Notes under the pieces: model-generated
The model's database searches: none
What the model was told of the DNA's origin: nothing
The model's input: only the letters and a program-made list of their open reading frames with translations
NCBI GenBank assembly: GCA_951804945.1
Contig: OX638159.1
Location: 39,866,001-39,930,000, forward strand
Direction of reading: 5' to 3'
Source: Podarcis cretensis
Lineage: Eukaryota
DNA: 64,000 nucleotides
In this document: positions 47,449 through 59,707 of the stretch, one piece after another
Numbering within the stretch: the first letter of the stretch is position 1
Layout: each line of letters begins with the position of its first letter
Position numbers and translations under genes: made by a program

Positions 47449-50400
47449 TATAGGAAATGTGTGAAGAAAGCAGCTTGAGGGCCTGTATGCTCAATTATTT
47501 GAATGAATGATCATAGGAAAGAAATGCAAATTTAATAAACTAGTGCAATGCATTCACCAAAGCTGAAAAGTAATCTAAATGAATTAGGCTTGAGATCATT
47601 TGGTTCAGACTAGCACAAACGACTGGTGAGAAGATAAGAGACAAACGTCTCCTTCACTGGCAAGACTGGATTCAGGTTTCCAGCAGCTTTCAGCAATCCT
47701 TTGTCTTAATCTATTTTACTCTTTTATTTAGTGCCCAAGACTAGCTCTACAGGATGTTGAATGATGCTGCCCCAGGCACAGCCTCTCCAGCTGTTAGAAC
47801 TAGCTGCTGCTCTTATGTTTAATGGGAACTATTGACAGCTTTCTTGTTTTGTCCTGTCTTTTTGGCTGAGGAAACCACAAATCACTGCAATGAGGAACAG
47901 CACATTTCTTTTCTTAAAAGAACTGTAAACTGATTTCATCATGCTAATAAGAAAAAACAAACATGAATAACAGAATATGGAAAAGGCAAGTTATTTAAGT
48001 ATTTGTTGTAGCAGTGCATCAGATATGGTGGAGTTGTTCACTCAGTCGTTTTGGATGAAAATCACTGCAGTCATATTAGGAATAGCAGGCCAAATGAAAA
48101 TATTTTAAACATTATTTAAATGTCATCAGCAAGGCTCTGGGAAAGCTGGATGTATAAGGGGAGAAAGGAAGGGGCAGAGGAAGCAGAGAGTGTGCTTACA
48201 TATGGCTCAATACCAATCCAATAAGCCATGGTTTGTTATGTCTATACCAGGATTTTTTGTACAAAGGCAACCCTAGGAAGACATGTGTTTTTGTGATGGG
48301 GGCATCACTAAATACACACCACAACCTTGAATTATTGTTTAATCAGAGTGCTATTATACTGAGCAATAAATGCTCTCTAAATGTAATAATCAGGTTTTTT
48401 TCAGTTTTGCCGTCCCCTAAACTACCTTTACAATGAAACTAATTATTCTGAGAAAGAAGACAGACATACAATGTTGCAACCAGAATGATACTTCAGGCAT
48501 GGTTTTTAAACAATTATGGGGCACAGAAACTTGAGGAACAAAATGACACTAGCAGAAGATCAAACGACAGATAATTATAGGGGGGAAAGCAATGCACTAG
48601 GTTGCAGATTAGTAAATCTATACTGAACCCAGATGTCAATTTTTTAAAATGGATGGCACAAGACCTAAGGCTGACAGGTCTTTGGAGAGACGGCTGCTTG
48701 CACCAAACAGAAAAGGGAAATAAAAACACACACAGAGAGAGAGCTCTGTTTCATATTTACAGTCTCAACTGACAGACCTTTTGCCCTTAGGGCAGCAAGA
48801 GGTGGGGGGATCTCAACTGAGAATCTACAAAAAGAGTGATAAAAATTAAGACACTTTACACTGCACTGAAAAACCCGCAAGGGTTTCTCATATAATATAA
48901 CCCAACAGATATTTAAAGGTAATGAGCATGAACTAATTTTCAGACAAAGGGGAGAAGCCTTTTCTGTTTGTATATGGAAAATCTCCCTCACTCCTTTTTT
49001 TGAAAAATTCATACTGAAATTATTTGCCAAAATCCACATGTAATATCCCCTCAAAACCCTTTTAAAAAAGAGCAGGTGATATTCAATCCATGCTTGCCTA
49101 AATACTATGTAGTATCAGGGCCAGAAAGAATTGGACAGTGAAAAAAGGAACCAGAAGCAACTGATGCTAACTGTATATTATAGGGGGTTTTGAATGTTTT
49201 ATGTAGATTTTCAATTTCATTGTTCTGTATGGGACAATGGCAATAAATATATCGTATATCATATAATAGGACAGTCCGTCAACAATCAAAACAAACACCA
49301 GGAACAGATCTCACAATTAACCAAAAGACTGTCTAACAGAAAAGATCTAAGTAACTTACAAGAAGTGGTAGTGAGTGGCCGGTTCTCCTTAGGCAGAGGG
49401 AACTACCACTAAGATGGCCCTATCTAAACTCAGAAGTTCTCCAAGGTCCTAGTCCAACACTCTTACCACTATGTCACACTGGTGTAGTGGTTTATGTTCC
49501 TAGGGACCAAGAGGGGACCCAGGTTCTGTGCAACACACATGAGCTTGATGGGAAGATCTTTGTTGCTGGGATTAAGGTGGGTCAAGTATGACAACAAAGT
49601 AGTGGCATCAACATGAATGCTGGCACCAAATAAGGAATAATGATTCTGATCAGCCCCTCAGCATTTGGTTCTGTAGTAATCTGATGGGACAGTGTTGACA
49701 AATCTTGAAACATTGCCAGTCCCTTTATACAAGGAGTACGTGAAATTCTTATTGCCCCCCAGGCTATTTTCTTTCTTTCAAAAGAGGAAGAGATGTAACA
49801 TAATGCGCAAAACGGTTGCTGGAAAAACCACCACCATAGGTACTTTCAAGGTAAACGTCAGAGGTGTTGATTTCAGGAGACTGACATAAAACTCAAAATA
49901 AACCTTTAGAAGATGTAGAATAATCTACAGTCATAAAGCACCAAAGGGATGGAAAGAATGAGGCAGCTAATGGGGATGAGCTTGAAGATTTGAATTTTTG
50001 TAAATTCTGGAGTGAAGGTGACCTGGTCCACACTTCCCAGACTAATGTGTGAATCAGTATACTTCTCCTTCAGATTTCACACTTCAATTCTGTAATACAC
50101 TTCCCAGCTCAACCCCTCCCCTTAATTAACAATGTGTATTCAATATAGAAATACATATATTGAAATAAAATATGTAGTTAAATATGAATTTTAATGTGAT
50201 ATATCTGTGTGTGTATTAAGATTGATATGGAAATAGAGCAGACTTCTGAATGAAGACATGTGTAATACTATCATGAGGAATTGGTCTGTTTCCAAACTTG
50301 TGTCAATTTCCAACTGGCTGTGCTCGCAGGTACTGCTGGGAGTCAAAGGTGCTGCTGCGAGTTCGAGTCTAACAACATTTGGAGGGCACCCTATTGGTTA

Positions 50401-51774
50401 CCTCTGCTCTAACTACTACACCACACTTTCTTAATCTTTGCCTCCACCACTTGCAAATAAGCAGGAGCTGGAATTACACCCAGTCCCACAATATATATAT
50501 ATCAATGTTACCTGACTGGCAGGAATGGATTTACTAATCTCAGGTCTTTTACACACACACACACTTCTGAGGTAGTGGTAAAATAGGACAGAGAAGTAAG
50601 TTACTGCTCAAATGTATAAAGGTATATCATTTTGCTCAAGAATATTCTTAGCTTGTTCCCCTTGAAAGTACCTGAGTGCATATTACCCATAACAGATGTG
50701 ATAGGACATCTTTTAAGCCTTAAGATTAACATTTTTTTCCATTTTCTAATAAAAATCATGTGTTTTAAAAACACCATGCTCCATTAGATACACAAATATG
50801 GATGCAGGCATCTCAATTTCTACATACACAGCTCTGTTATTGATTTCATCCAATCTTAAGATGGCTTTTAGAAACTTCTAAATGATTGAATGTGACCTCC
50901 AAGTTGCCTGGGGTGTATCTCAAATAACCACTGGTTTTAATCCTCTCTTTATTTTCAAAGCTCAGGTTGCCTTTTCTAGTCTAAATGTTGTCAGTTCACA
51001 ACTGAGGCATTGTTTTGATAATGCACCAGAAAGGAACTGACACCTTACCTTTCTGAAAGAAGATTAGAAAATTTGCCTAAACCTACATCTGTATGGGGCT
51101 CAGCTTTATTGGCTGCCGAGCTGAATAAAGCACAAAAAAGCTCAAAGACACAAGAGGGGGGATTTAGAAATATAATTTAGCCAAGAGGAAACAAGAAAAA
51201 TAAGAGAACCAGCCCACTGAACGCTGGATAAGTGAGACGCGAAAGGAGTCTCAGGATAACTTATGGCAAGTCTTTACAGAAAAAAAGGTATGCCATTGCT
51301 ACTGTTCTTTAATGGTAAGAAAGGGTGAGATCCGGAATGTCAGATTGCATCATTTTATATCTTCTTAGATATGCATGCATGAGGCTGAAAATATTTCATT
51401 TCGGGAGCCAAAAATATCTAAGGCAGTGCCATCCACAAACTCTGGGGCTTTCCTCTTCTATCTTGCCCGGTCTTGTAGTTAGATAGGCCTTAACATGGCC
51501 CTGTGGTAGATGATCCCTTTCTATTGCTTCACCTGACAGCTATCTCACACTGGGATCCCCAAGCCTTCTACTTTAGTTTCTGAGTTCAGTCATCAATGTG
51601 TGTCTGCCCATGTCCATTCAATTTCACCTTCACTGGACTTGGTGATCACCAGAGGCTCCGCCTACATCTGAAGGAATCCTTTGGAAGTTGTCTCTTCTTT
51701 GACTCCCTATAGTACAGTGGGGGGAGGGGGTAACAGTGGCCCACCAGCTCCCATACTTTCATCTTATTTTGTTA

Positions 51775-52805
51775 TAAAAATATTAATATACTGCTAGGTC
51801 ATAGAAATATATCAAAGTGGTTTACAGCAATAAAACATAAAACTATACAATAAAACCGTAAAAAAGTTAAAAACAGACACCAATTAACCCTTATGGAAGG
51901 ATGTGTTCTTAACTACCTGCATAGGCCTGGCGGAATAGAAATTTTCCAGAAGGCACTTGAAAGTTGGCATAGAAGGCACCTTTTGAATATTAGCTGGTAG
52001 GATATTCCACAGGACTAGGCTGATGACACTAAGGACTCATATTCTTGCTGTTGTCAAATGAGCCTCACCAACTCAGGGAACGACTATGCAGAGGATCTCA
52101 GAGGGTGAACTGGGTTTAAGGGGACCCTGTGTCACGGTTCAGTTCACGGGCGATTGAAGTCTCGGCTGGGGACGTCAGGACCGGGGGCAAGATGGTGGAG
52201 TGGGAGCAGGAACGGGAGTCTAGAAGCCGGAAGTCAGAAAGCCAAGAGTCCCAGGGTCAGAGAGCTGGGAGTCAAGAAGCCAAGGGTCCGAGGATCAAGA
52301 AGCAAGGAGTCACGAAGTCAGGGATCCAAGGATCAAGAAGCAAGGAGTCAAACGCAGCAAGACAGGGAACGTGTTGCAGTGGCAAAGAGCAGAAAGGAAA
52401 ATGCTGACCTTATATCCCTTCCTGGCTCTTGCCACCAGGTGCTGTGAGTTACAAATCGGCCTCACCTGTGTGGCCATGCCTTGCCTCTTCAGAACCAACT
52501 TAGGAAGGCCCCAGTCCTGCAGAGTCCTAATGGTCACAGGGCCTGGCTCCTGCACGCACACCTGACAGCCTGAACCTAAATCGCTGAAGGCTTTGTAAAT
52601 TAATACAAGAAGCTTGAACCTGGTTCGGTAGTAGATGGGTAGTCAGTGTGGCTGTTTTATCAATGGTATAACATGTTCTTGACCAGAAACCTCCTTCAGC
52701 AGTCTGGCTGCCTTATTCTGTACCCGCTACAGCTTCCAAACTAAACCCAAGGGCAGCCCCACATTGAGCGCATTACAGTAATCCAGCCTCAAGGTTACCA
52801 GCGCA
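51775..52805 (-). mobile_element. L2 LINE 3' fragment interrupted by a solo LTR
   Basis: Minus strand ALVTLRLDYCNALNVGLPLGLVWKL*RVQNKAARLL...LPIYYRTRFKLLVLIYKA is L2 ORF2. Confidence 0.85.
52130..52567 (-). mobile_element. Solo LTR (438 bp, Gypsy-like)
   Basis: Termini TGTCACGG / CCTGACA, 5-bp TSD ccctg/gcctg, internal short repeats (ggatcaagaagcaaggagtca), and GATATAAGG on the minus strand near 52410. Confidence 0.8.
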
Positions 52806-53004
52806 CCATCCTTGACCACTGGTCATACTGCCTAAGGCTGATGGAAGCTGGAGTCCAACCACATGTGGAGGGCCATCCCTGTTATAGTTTAAGTACTCCA
52901 ATCTTTCTTCACCGCTTTCCTATCAACAACACATTAGGCAGAGTGTTAGCTCTGCTATGGCAAGAATATCCTCTTTCTCCTTAAACTAAGTATTACCAAA
53001 ACAG

Positions 53005-53092
53005 CTGACAAAGGACGTTCTGGCCCAGAAAAGCTTATGACACAATATGTTTGTTCATCTTTAATGCGCCACAAGGCTCTTTGTTGTTTTTA
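53005..53092 (+). mobile_element. Decayed Penelope-like terminal fragment
   Basis: ctgacaaagg...gaaaagcttatgacacaatatgtttgttcatctttaatgcgccacaagg resembles Penelope CTGATGAAG...CGAAAGCTTATG...GTTAGTCTTTAAGGTGCCACAAG. Confidence 0.55.
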
Positions 53093-53754
53093 TTTCAGAT
53101 GGCGTAACGTCAGCAATAACCCCACTGTTTAAATTAGGTTTATGAAGTCTGACTCTTGCACGCATTCTGTACCATACAGTCAGAGGTATTTTAATGCATT
53201 TTTAAACCCTGGGCTGTTTTGGCAGCGAGATTACAAAAGAAAGACTGAAAGAGGGATAACTTTTGTATTTTGGTGGCTTTTGCTGCTTCAGCAGCAGAAG
53301 ATGCTGGCATGGAGCATAGGAATTAACACAGCGGGGTCAGATGACGTAAATTATAAGGAATAAATAAGGAATAAATAAGTTGTCATGGAAGTGCTACAGT
53401 TCAAGGAAAGGCAGAATAGAGATGCAATAAAAATAAATAAAATATAAAGGTATAGAAGAGATCAGGACACAAGAGTTTATTTAAGACCTTGTACCCTGAC
53501 AACTTTTTAATAAATACTTCTGTAAAAAGTATTGTTGGGAGAGACACTCTAAATTTAAATCAACAGACTAGCAAGGGAAGGTTAAATATGGGAGAATACC
53601 TGGCTGGGGATTCAGCACTGAGAAAAGTTGTATTTTTTGAACACAGGATGAATAAGGTATTTAGATATCTTGAGGATACTTGGCACCAAGTCCTCCTGAG
53701 AAAGATATTCCATGGCATTGGTATACAAGTGTAAACATGTGTTGCCTTTATTAC

Positions 53755-53858
53755 CTTCAATTTTATTTTCCTCTAGTTTGGAGGCATTTTCTTCTTTCTT
53801 TTGCTTTGCTGCTAACAGTTCACGTTTCAACTGGCGCACTTCCTTCCGTAGGTCCTCA
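53755..53858 (-). CDS. CWC27: CWC27 internal coding exon (fourth from last), 104 nt
   Basis: Minus strand ttctctgcag|TGAGGACCTACGG...ATTGAAG|gtaata translates as (S)EDLRKEVRQLKRELLAAKQKKEENASKLEENKIE(D), matching the CWC27 coiled-coil region as I recall it (EELRKEARQLKRELLAAKQKK). Its phase joins the 42500-42609 exon. The upstream exons lie outside the window. Confidence 0.95.
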
Positions 53859-54604
53859 CTGCAGAGAACAATGTTGAGATAAACTCAATTTTCTTAGAAA
53901 GTAAAGCCACCCAGAAGAGACAAAGATAAGACCCAGTAAAACTGTGATAAAACATATGGAGTACAGCAATTCATTTATGCCAGATTTGGCCTATCAAGTT
54001 CATTTTAACATTTTATATCCTGTTTAATTTCAAAACTCTTGATGCAGTTAACAAAAAACAAAGCAAACCTCAGAAAAGGTTTGGGGTGAGTGCAGAGGGA
54101 AGAGAACTTTCCATAGTGTAGGGAAAATTCATGGTATTGATAAAATGTTAACCTTAATACTACACTGAATACAACTCTATGTTTTGGGCTGTACACCCAT
54201 TAGTTCCCTCTTCTTCAGCAGAATTTTCCTTTTCCTCCCCTTGTTGACTCCTAACCATGGTCCAGTGTTACATCTGCACCAAATGCTAAGTAATGTTGAT
54301 ACTAATAAAGTTCCTTCTTTGATACCAGACCTGCTGCAGCACCACTGCACACATTCAAATGAGCATGTATCTTACAGGTGGAGAATTGGCTATATTACTC
54401 CTGGGATCTTTACTAGAGACAATTGCGAACACACAAACAGAATTGCTTGTGATTGCATGTGCTGGGATCAGTGCTAATTCATGCAACAGAGGCTTTCTCT
54501 GGGGACCACCATGATGCTCTTACAGCTCAGAGTAAAGCTGAATTATACATACAGACACTCTAAGGGAATGTACAGATCCAGATGAACCAAGCTTTTTAGC
54601 AATA

Positions 54605-54945
54605 CAGGTCACTCGCAACTTATGTGCTTTTAACTTGTTTATTTTCAACTGTACTTACTTGACGCGTGGAAGGCAGAGAGCTTAAAAGCTCTTTTTGCAC
54701 AGGGTTTTCCTGGTGCGGAAAGAGCTTTTAAGCTCTGTGCCTTGCTTAATGGGCTACTGGAGGCTCTTTTGACATCTTACGAGATCATGGGCGGTCCCAT
54801 GAGATCTTGCAAGAGTTTCAGTGCACCAGATCCGGAAGGTAAATTGCTCACATGGGGGCGATTCCAAAGGGGTTGTTTTGACTATACACTATTTTGGCTT
54901 TTCGTGCTAACCACCAAGGGGTAACCCTCTTTTATGAGTTACCTG
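54605..54945. mobile_element. Tigger-like MITE (further family)
   Basis: TA+CAGGTCACTC ... GAGTTACCTG+TA, with internal palindrome cagagagcttaaaagctct...agagcttttaagctctgtg. Confidence 0.65.
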
Positions 54946-54951
54946 TATCTA

Positions 54952-55141
54952 ATGTTCCAATTGCGTAACGGAGCGCGTTACTTCCAGGTTTCGCTGTTCA
55001 TGCACACGCAGACACTCAAAATGACATCACGCGCATGCGCAGAAGCAACAAAACGCGACCTGCACAGAGACGTCCTACGTTTTACTCGGGATGCGAACAG
55101 GGCTCCGGAACGGATCCTATTCGCATCCAGAGGTACCACTG
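54952..55141. mobile_element. Partial Tigger-like MITE (right TIR only)
   Basis: Ends ...gctccggaacggatc...AGAGGTACCACTG+TA and is CpG-rich. Confidence 0.6.
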
Positions 55142-56308
55142 TAAACTGATTTGGTTAGCTGTAAAATCAAGTGAAATGATACTATCAGTCTGTCCGGAGT
55201 AACCCTATTTGGTTCACTCTGTGCTTTGCCTACTGAGGACAGGATGTCCTGATTCTGTGGAGGATGGAGGCAAGGAGAGATCTACTTTAGGTATGTCTCC
55301 TCTGCTGAAACATGCTCCCGGTGGTAAAGGAGCAGATTCCATGGAGAAAGGGGGAGGGAGAAACAGGGAGGAACAAGGGTCAGAGTGTTGGATTAGGGAG
55401 ACAAGTCCCAATGTTCACTCAGCTTGTTGAGTGGACTTGGGTCCCCTATCTCTCAGCCTAACCAAAGGATAAAAGGGGAAGGGGGTCTGAATGAACTACT
55501 TGGAGCGAACCAGGATATGTGAATTAATGAAGATAATGATACCAATAAAACTGAAACAGTGACTAATACATACAACACATGACAATGGATCTTCTCTGTT
55601 ATTATGTAAACAGCACTTTGTCACAGAAAAGCAACCTGTTTCTCTTTGCAAAGCTTTGGCAACCTCTGGTTACTCTTTCCAGTAGACATGAAGGATTATG
55701 CAGGCAGAGTGGGAAAGCTTTCCTGTCAACCCCAAGTTATTTTGTGGGCTAGCATGGTGAGGTTTCAGTATTGCTGTCTACTCAGTACCTGTGCATTATA
55801 TGGATACAGCAATGACTTCATATTCCAGGATTATCAGTCTGGCACTTTTCATAAGTACCCCATTCACAGTTCACCACCACAGAGTTAAAGATCATCACTC
55901 AAGAGCAAGCAGCCAAGTCCAGAATAATGGATGAATTAAAGGGCATTGACAGAGCTGTGGGGTGAAGCTTACACTGCACATTCCTACATTACGTCCAACT
56001 GTAGCTGTTTTCTCCAACCTTTCATAACAGTAATTCAGCATCGTGTTAACCCACAGAAACTGGGATGACAAAATGAGATTTAAGCAAAGGATCCTTATTT
56101 CTTTTCTTCCATTTGCAAAGGAATGACTTCTTATTTCTTGTAGTGGGCCAACTGGTCTATATTATTCCTATGTGACATTTGCAACATATTTTATTAATGG
56201 CAAAAAAGACAAAGGAATAATTTCATGACACATAAAAATGAACAGTGGATTTAGAAATACAGGAATTAGAAGAATTACAGGAGAGCAATCTAAGGCTGAA
56301 ACCCTATA

Positions 56309-56665
56309 CAGTGGTGCCCCGCAAGACGAACGCCTCGCAAGACGGAAAACCCGCTAGACGAAAGGGTTTTCCATTTTGGAGGCGCTTCGCAAAACGAATT
56401 TCCCTATGGGGTTGCTTCGCAAGACGAAAATGTCTTGCGAGTTCCCGCGTTTCCCCCCCCGCTTTTTTTGCCCTTTTCCTAAGCCGCTAAGCCGCTTATC
56501 AGCTGATCTGCTGATAAGCCGCTTAACAGCTGATCGCTAAAAGCCGCTAGACCGCTAATAGCGCTAATCCGCTAAGCTGTCAATGGGCTTGCTTCGCAAG
56601 ACGAAAAAACCGCTAGACGAAGAGAATCGCGGAACGGATTCTTTTCGTCTTGCGAGGCACCACTG
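56309..56665. mobile_element. Tigger-like MITE family A, inverted relative to the 2091 copy
   Basis: TA+CAGTGGTGCCCCGCAAGACG ... CGTCTTGCGAGGCACCACTG+TA. Confidence 0.92.
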
Positions 56666-56752
56666 TATATAAACACGTGGGAATTACCATTCAATGGGTA
56701 GTTCCATTGAATTTAGTGGGATTCACTCAGAACAAGCACACAATTGTGTGTA

Positions 56753-56969
56753 CAGCCTTACCTTGGATTTCGAAGAGAATCCATTCTGGAAGTCTGTCGG
56801 ACTTCCAAAACGTTAGAAAACTAACAGCCAATCAGAAGCTGCAGAAGCACTGTCAGACATTTGGCTTCCAAAAGAACATTTAAAAACCGGAACACTCAGT
56901 TCTGGGTTTCCATCGTTCAGGAGCCAATTTGTTCGGGAGCCAAGGCGTTTGAGATTCAAGGTATGACTG
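56753..56969. mobile_element. Tigger-like MITE family C, inverted relative to the 47198 copy
   Basis: Reverse complement cagtcataccttgaatctcaaacgccttgg...aaatgttcttttggaagcc aligns to 47198 onward. TA flanks. Confidence 0.8.
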
Positions 56970-57992
56970 TAATGCTTATTTCTTTGCCTGGGCATGAGAA
57001 AGCATTCAGGATCCATCTAAACAGACCTTAACCATTCCATCTCCCAACAAAATCACAAAACTTTGTGTGACAAGGTACTGCCACATTTTCACCCAACTAA
57101 AAACCCCCAAGATATGGATATAAAATCCATATAAGATAAAAAACATTGATATAAAATCCATAGGTTAGATATACTATTAGCAAAGACATTTGCTTTAATT
57201 GTATATAACAGATATAAGCCAATACGTATCAAAAGCCAATGACCCACCCCAACCTGAGCTTATCCAATATACGGCTAAGCAGAGCTGGGCAGAAAGTAGA
57301 CACTGTCTAATTTTCAGTAGCCATGTTAACACCTGTTGGGATTTATTAGGTAGACCTTAATCTGATCAAGTAAGAATCAAGAGTGTGTACTTAGGGTAAG
57401 TTAGAACAGTTTCATTATACCTGGGGAAGCTGCTACTCTCTGATGTAGGACTACAACCCCATCATCCCTGACTATTGGCCACACTGCCCAGGGCTGCTGG
57501 GAGTTGGCAGTCACAAGAGCATCTGGAAGGCCACAAGTTCCCCATCCCGTAAGAGATTGATCCTTGGAACACACTTTAAACTGCATGTGCTCTTCACTGT
57601 TAAAATCCATTGGTTGCCTCTGGCAATTCTACAAAAAGAAAACAAACTCGGCCAAACAAAACTCATTATTAACCCATCCCATGTTAAAGTTAGTTGCAGC
57701 TCTTTCAGATCTTTGACTCCAAAGAAGTTGCTCTGCTCCCCTCCAGATACCAGTTCTTTTCTTTCAGCTCCTCTGCACTTTAGCTATATTTACCAAGACT
57801 GATCAATCCTTTATATGCTTGGAAGACGGCTGTGGTCTGCAAGAGAGCTTCTCTTCCAAGCCCCAACAACCTCACAAGCCTGCTCCATAGTATCTTGTAG
57901 CAGGCCTTTAGTGTGGCTGCCCCCATTCTATGGAATAGCAGTCCTGATGAGCTATGACAGACGCTTACTATCTTGCACTTTCTGGAAACAAT

Positions 57993-58399
57993 TGTCAGGG
58001 AACTGCCATCGGAAAGGCAGGAGGTGGAGGGTCTCTCAGAAGTCAGGAGAGACTCAGCAGCGGAGGAAGGCACCAGCAGGGGGAGAGTGGGAGATCAGAG
58101 AGAGAGAGAAACGAAGGAATGGCTCAGGGAGTCTTCTAGCGATAACAGCGGAGAAGTCTCAGGTCCTCCCATAGGTACACCCACTCCTCGCCGGAAACTG
58201 TCGCGCCGAGAATCCAGACGACGCGTTTCCGTCAAGGAGCTTTTATGCTGGAGTAGATTCCGTAAACGCCCACTGTCGGATTCTGCCAGCGATTGAGGGA
58301 GCCACGCTTAAGGGCTCCGCTAAAGACAGAGTCTTGCTAAGCTGAGCAAACTCTGAGGGACTAAGCTTTTACGCACAAGCAGCTCATCATCCCATCACA
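57993..58399 (+). mobile_element. Solo LTR (407 bp, Gypsy-like), CpG-rich and probably young
   Basis: TGTCAGGG ... CCATCACA with perfect 5-bp TSD ACAAT (57988-57992, 58400-58404). Confidence 0.85.
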
Positions 58400-58696
58400 A
58401 CAATGATGGGCCTTTCATTTTGCAGCTGGATAAGCGGAGCCCATTTTGTTTTAAACATATTTACTTTTTGTGTTTTTAACTGTTTTTGTTTATATTGTGT
58501 AACATCTTAAGACAGCTGTAGAGAAGGTGATTAATAAACTGATGATAACAACAATTCAGCAATCACTTTCTCCTTCACTGGATGCATTAGGAGACAAACA
58601 CATTAAGTCCTCCTTTTTCCAGCATAGCTGTTGTGTAGAAGTACCCCAATATATATTTGAATGTACATATTTCTCAGAGAATTCTTGCTTCTCTAA

Positions 58697-58882
58697 GGGG
58701 GCGCTGCAGCTCAGTGGCAGAACACATGGTTTGCATACAAAGGGTCCCAGGTTCAATCCTAGCATCTCCAGGTAGGGAGACTCTAGGCTTGAACCTTGGA
58801 AAGCTTCTGACTGTCAGTGTTGGCAATATGCAGCTAGGTGGCTCAGCAGTACGGCTTGTTTATAAGGCTGTTTCCTACGTCC
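58697..58882 (+). mobile_element. tRNA-derived SINE
   Basis: gcgctgcagctcagtggcagaacac...ggtcccaggttcaatcc head plus the family body. Confidence 0.78.
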
Positions 58883-59494
58883 CAGTTTATCAGGACCCCT
58901 CCCTCCTTCCCTTTTCTACTATGAAACACATGGCAAGGCCAAACCTGTTCGGTTTTCCTGATCCTACCTCCCATGCAGAAACTGTTGCACCATGGCACTA
59001 TGTAATCTGATTGTGTCAGGGATAAAATAGCTACTTATCTCTTAATACAGGAAACTGTTTAAACAAGTTGTGATTAGAAGAAACACTTTGCTTTGTCAAA
59101 ACAAATGATGACATCAAGCCATTCTTTAAACCTTGTGTGGAAAAGAAACAATCTGGTGTAAATGAAAGTCTCATGGGCAACTGGATGCCACCGACACAAT
59201 TGGAAGTATGGCGGAAGCCATCTTGAAGGAAGCACAGAATTAAATGGCTTGGTGTCTCCACGTACCATTCATGATCTGTTGATCTATGTGCATGGACACA
59301 GAAAAGTATTAGGATTTGGAGACCGATATGGTTTCTCTCTTTATGGTCCTGGGAAAAGCCAGAATACGAAAATTATCTCAACCTTGGAAAGAGATACTCA
59401 GACTGGCAGGGCACTTCATTGTCCTTTGCTACTCTGCAATGAGTAAGTTAATGATTTTGAATGACACACAAAAAGAGCTTTAACATGTCAGTGA

Positions 59495-59679
59495 ACATAG
59501 GACTTCTATAAAGCCCAAGCATTGGGTCATCTAGCTTAGCATTGTCTACAGTGACTGGGAGTGGCTCTCCAGGGTTTCAGGCAGAGGTCTATGCCAACCC
59601 TACCTGGAGATGCCAGGAACTGAAAATGGGACCTTCTGCATGCAAACCGATGCTCTATCATGGAGCTATGGCCCTTCCC
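59495..59679 (-). mobile_element. tRNA-derived SINE
   Basis: Reverse complement gggaagggccatagctccatgatagagcatcggtttgcatgcagaaggtccc..., tail cctatgtt. Confidence 0.78.
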
Positions 59680-59707
59680 TATGTGCACTCAGACACACTG
59701 AATTCTC

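Noticed and set aside
52129-52447. Open frames on the + strand of the 52130 LTR
   Set aside because: They derive from T-poor short tandem repeats, are open in two frames, and lie opposite the inferred LTR orientation, so they are a compositional artefact.
53005-53040. Functional hammerhead ribozyme
   Set aside because: The core is mutated (CTGACAA instead of CTGANGA; stem II disrupted); it is only a Penelope relic.
59162-59446. 94-aa + strand ORF ending at a GTAAGT donor-like site
   Set aside because: No recognisable homology and no partner exons; it is antisense within an intron and its length is compatible with chance.
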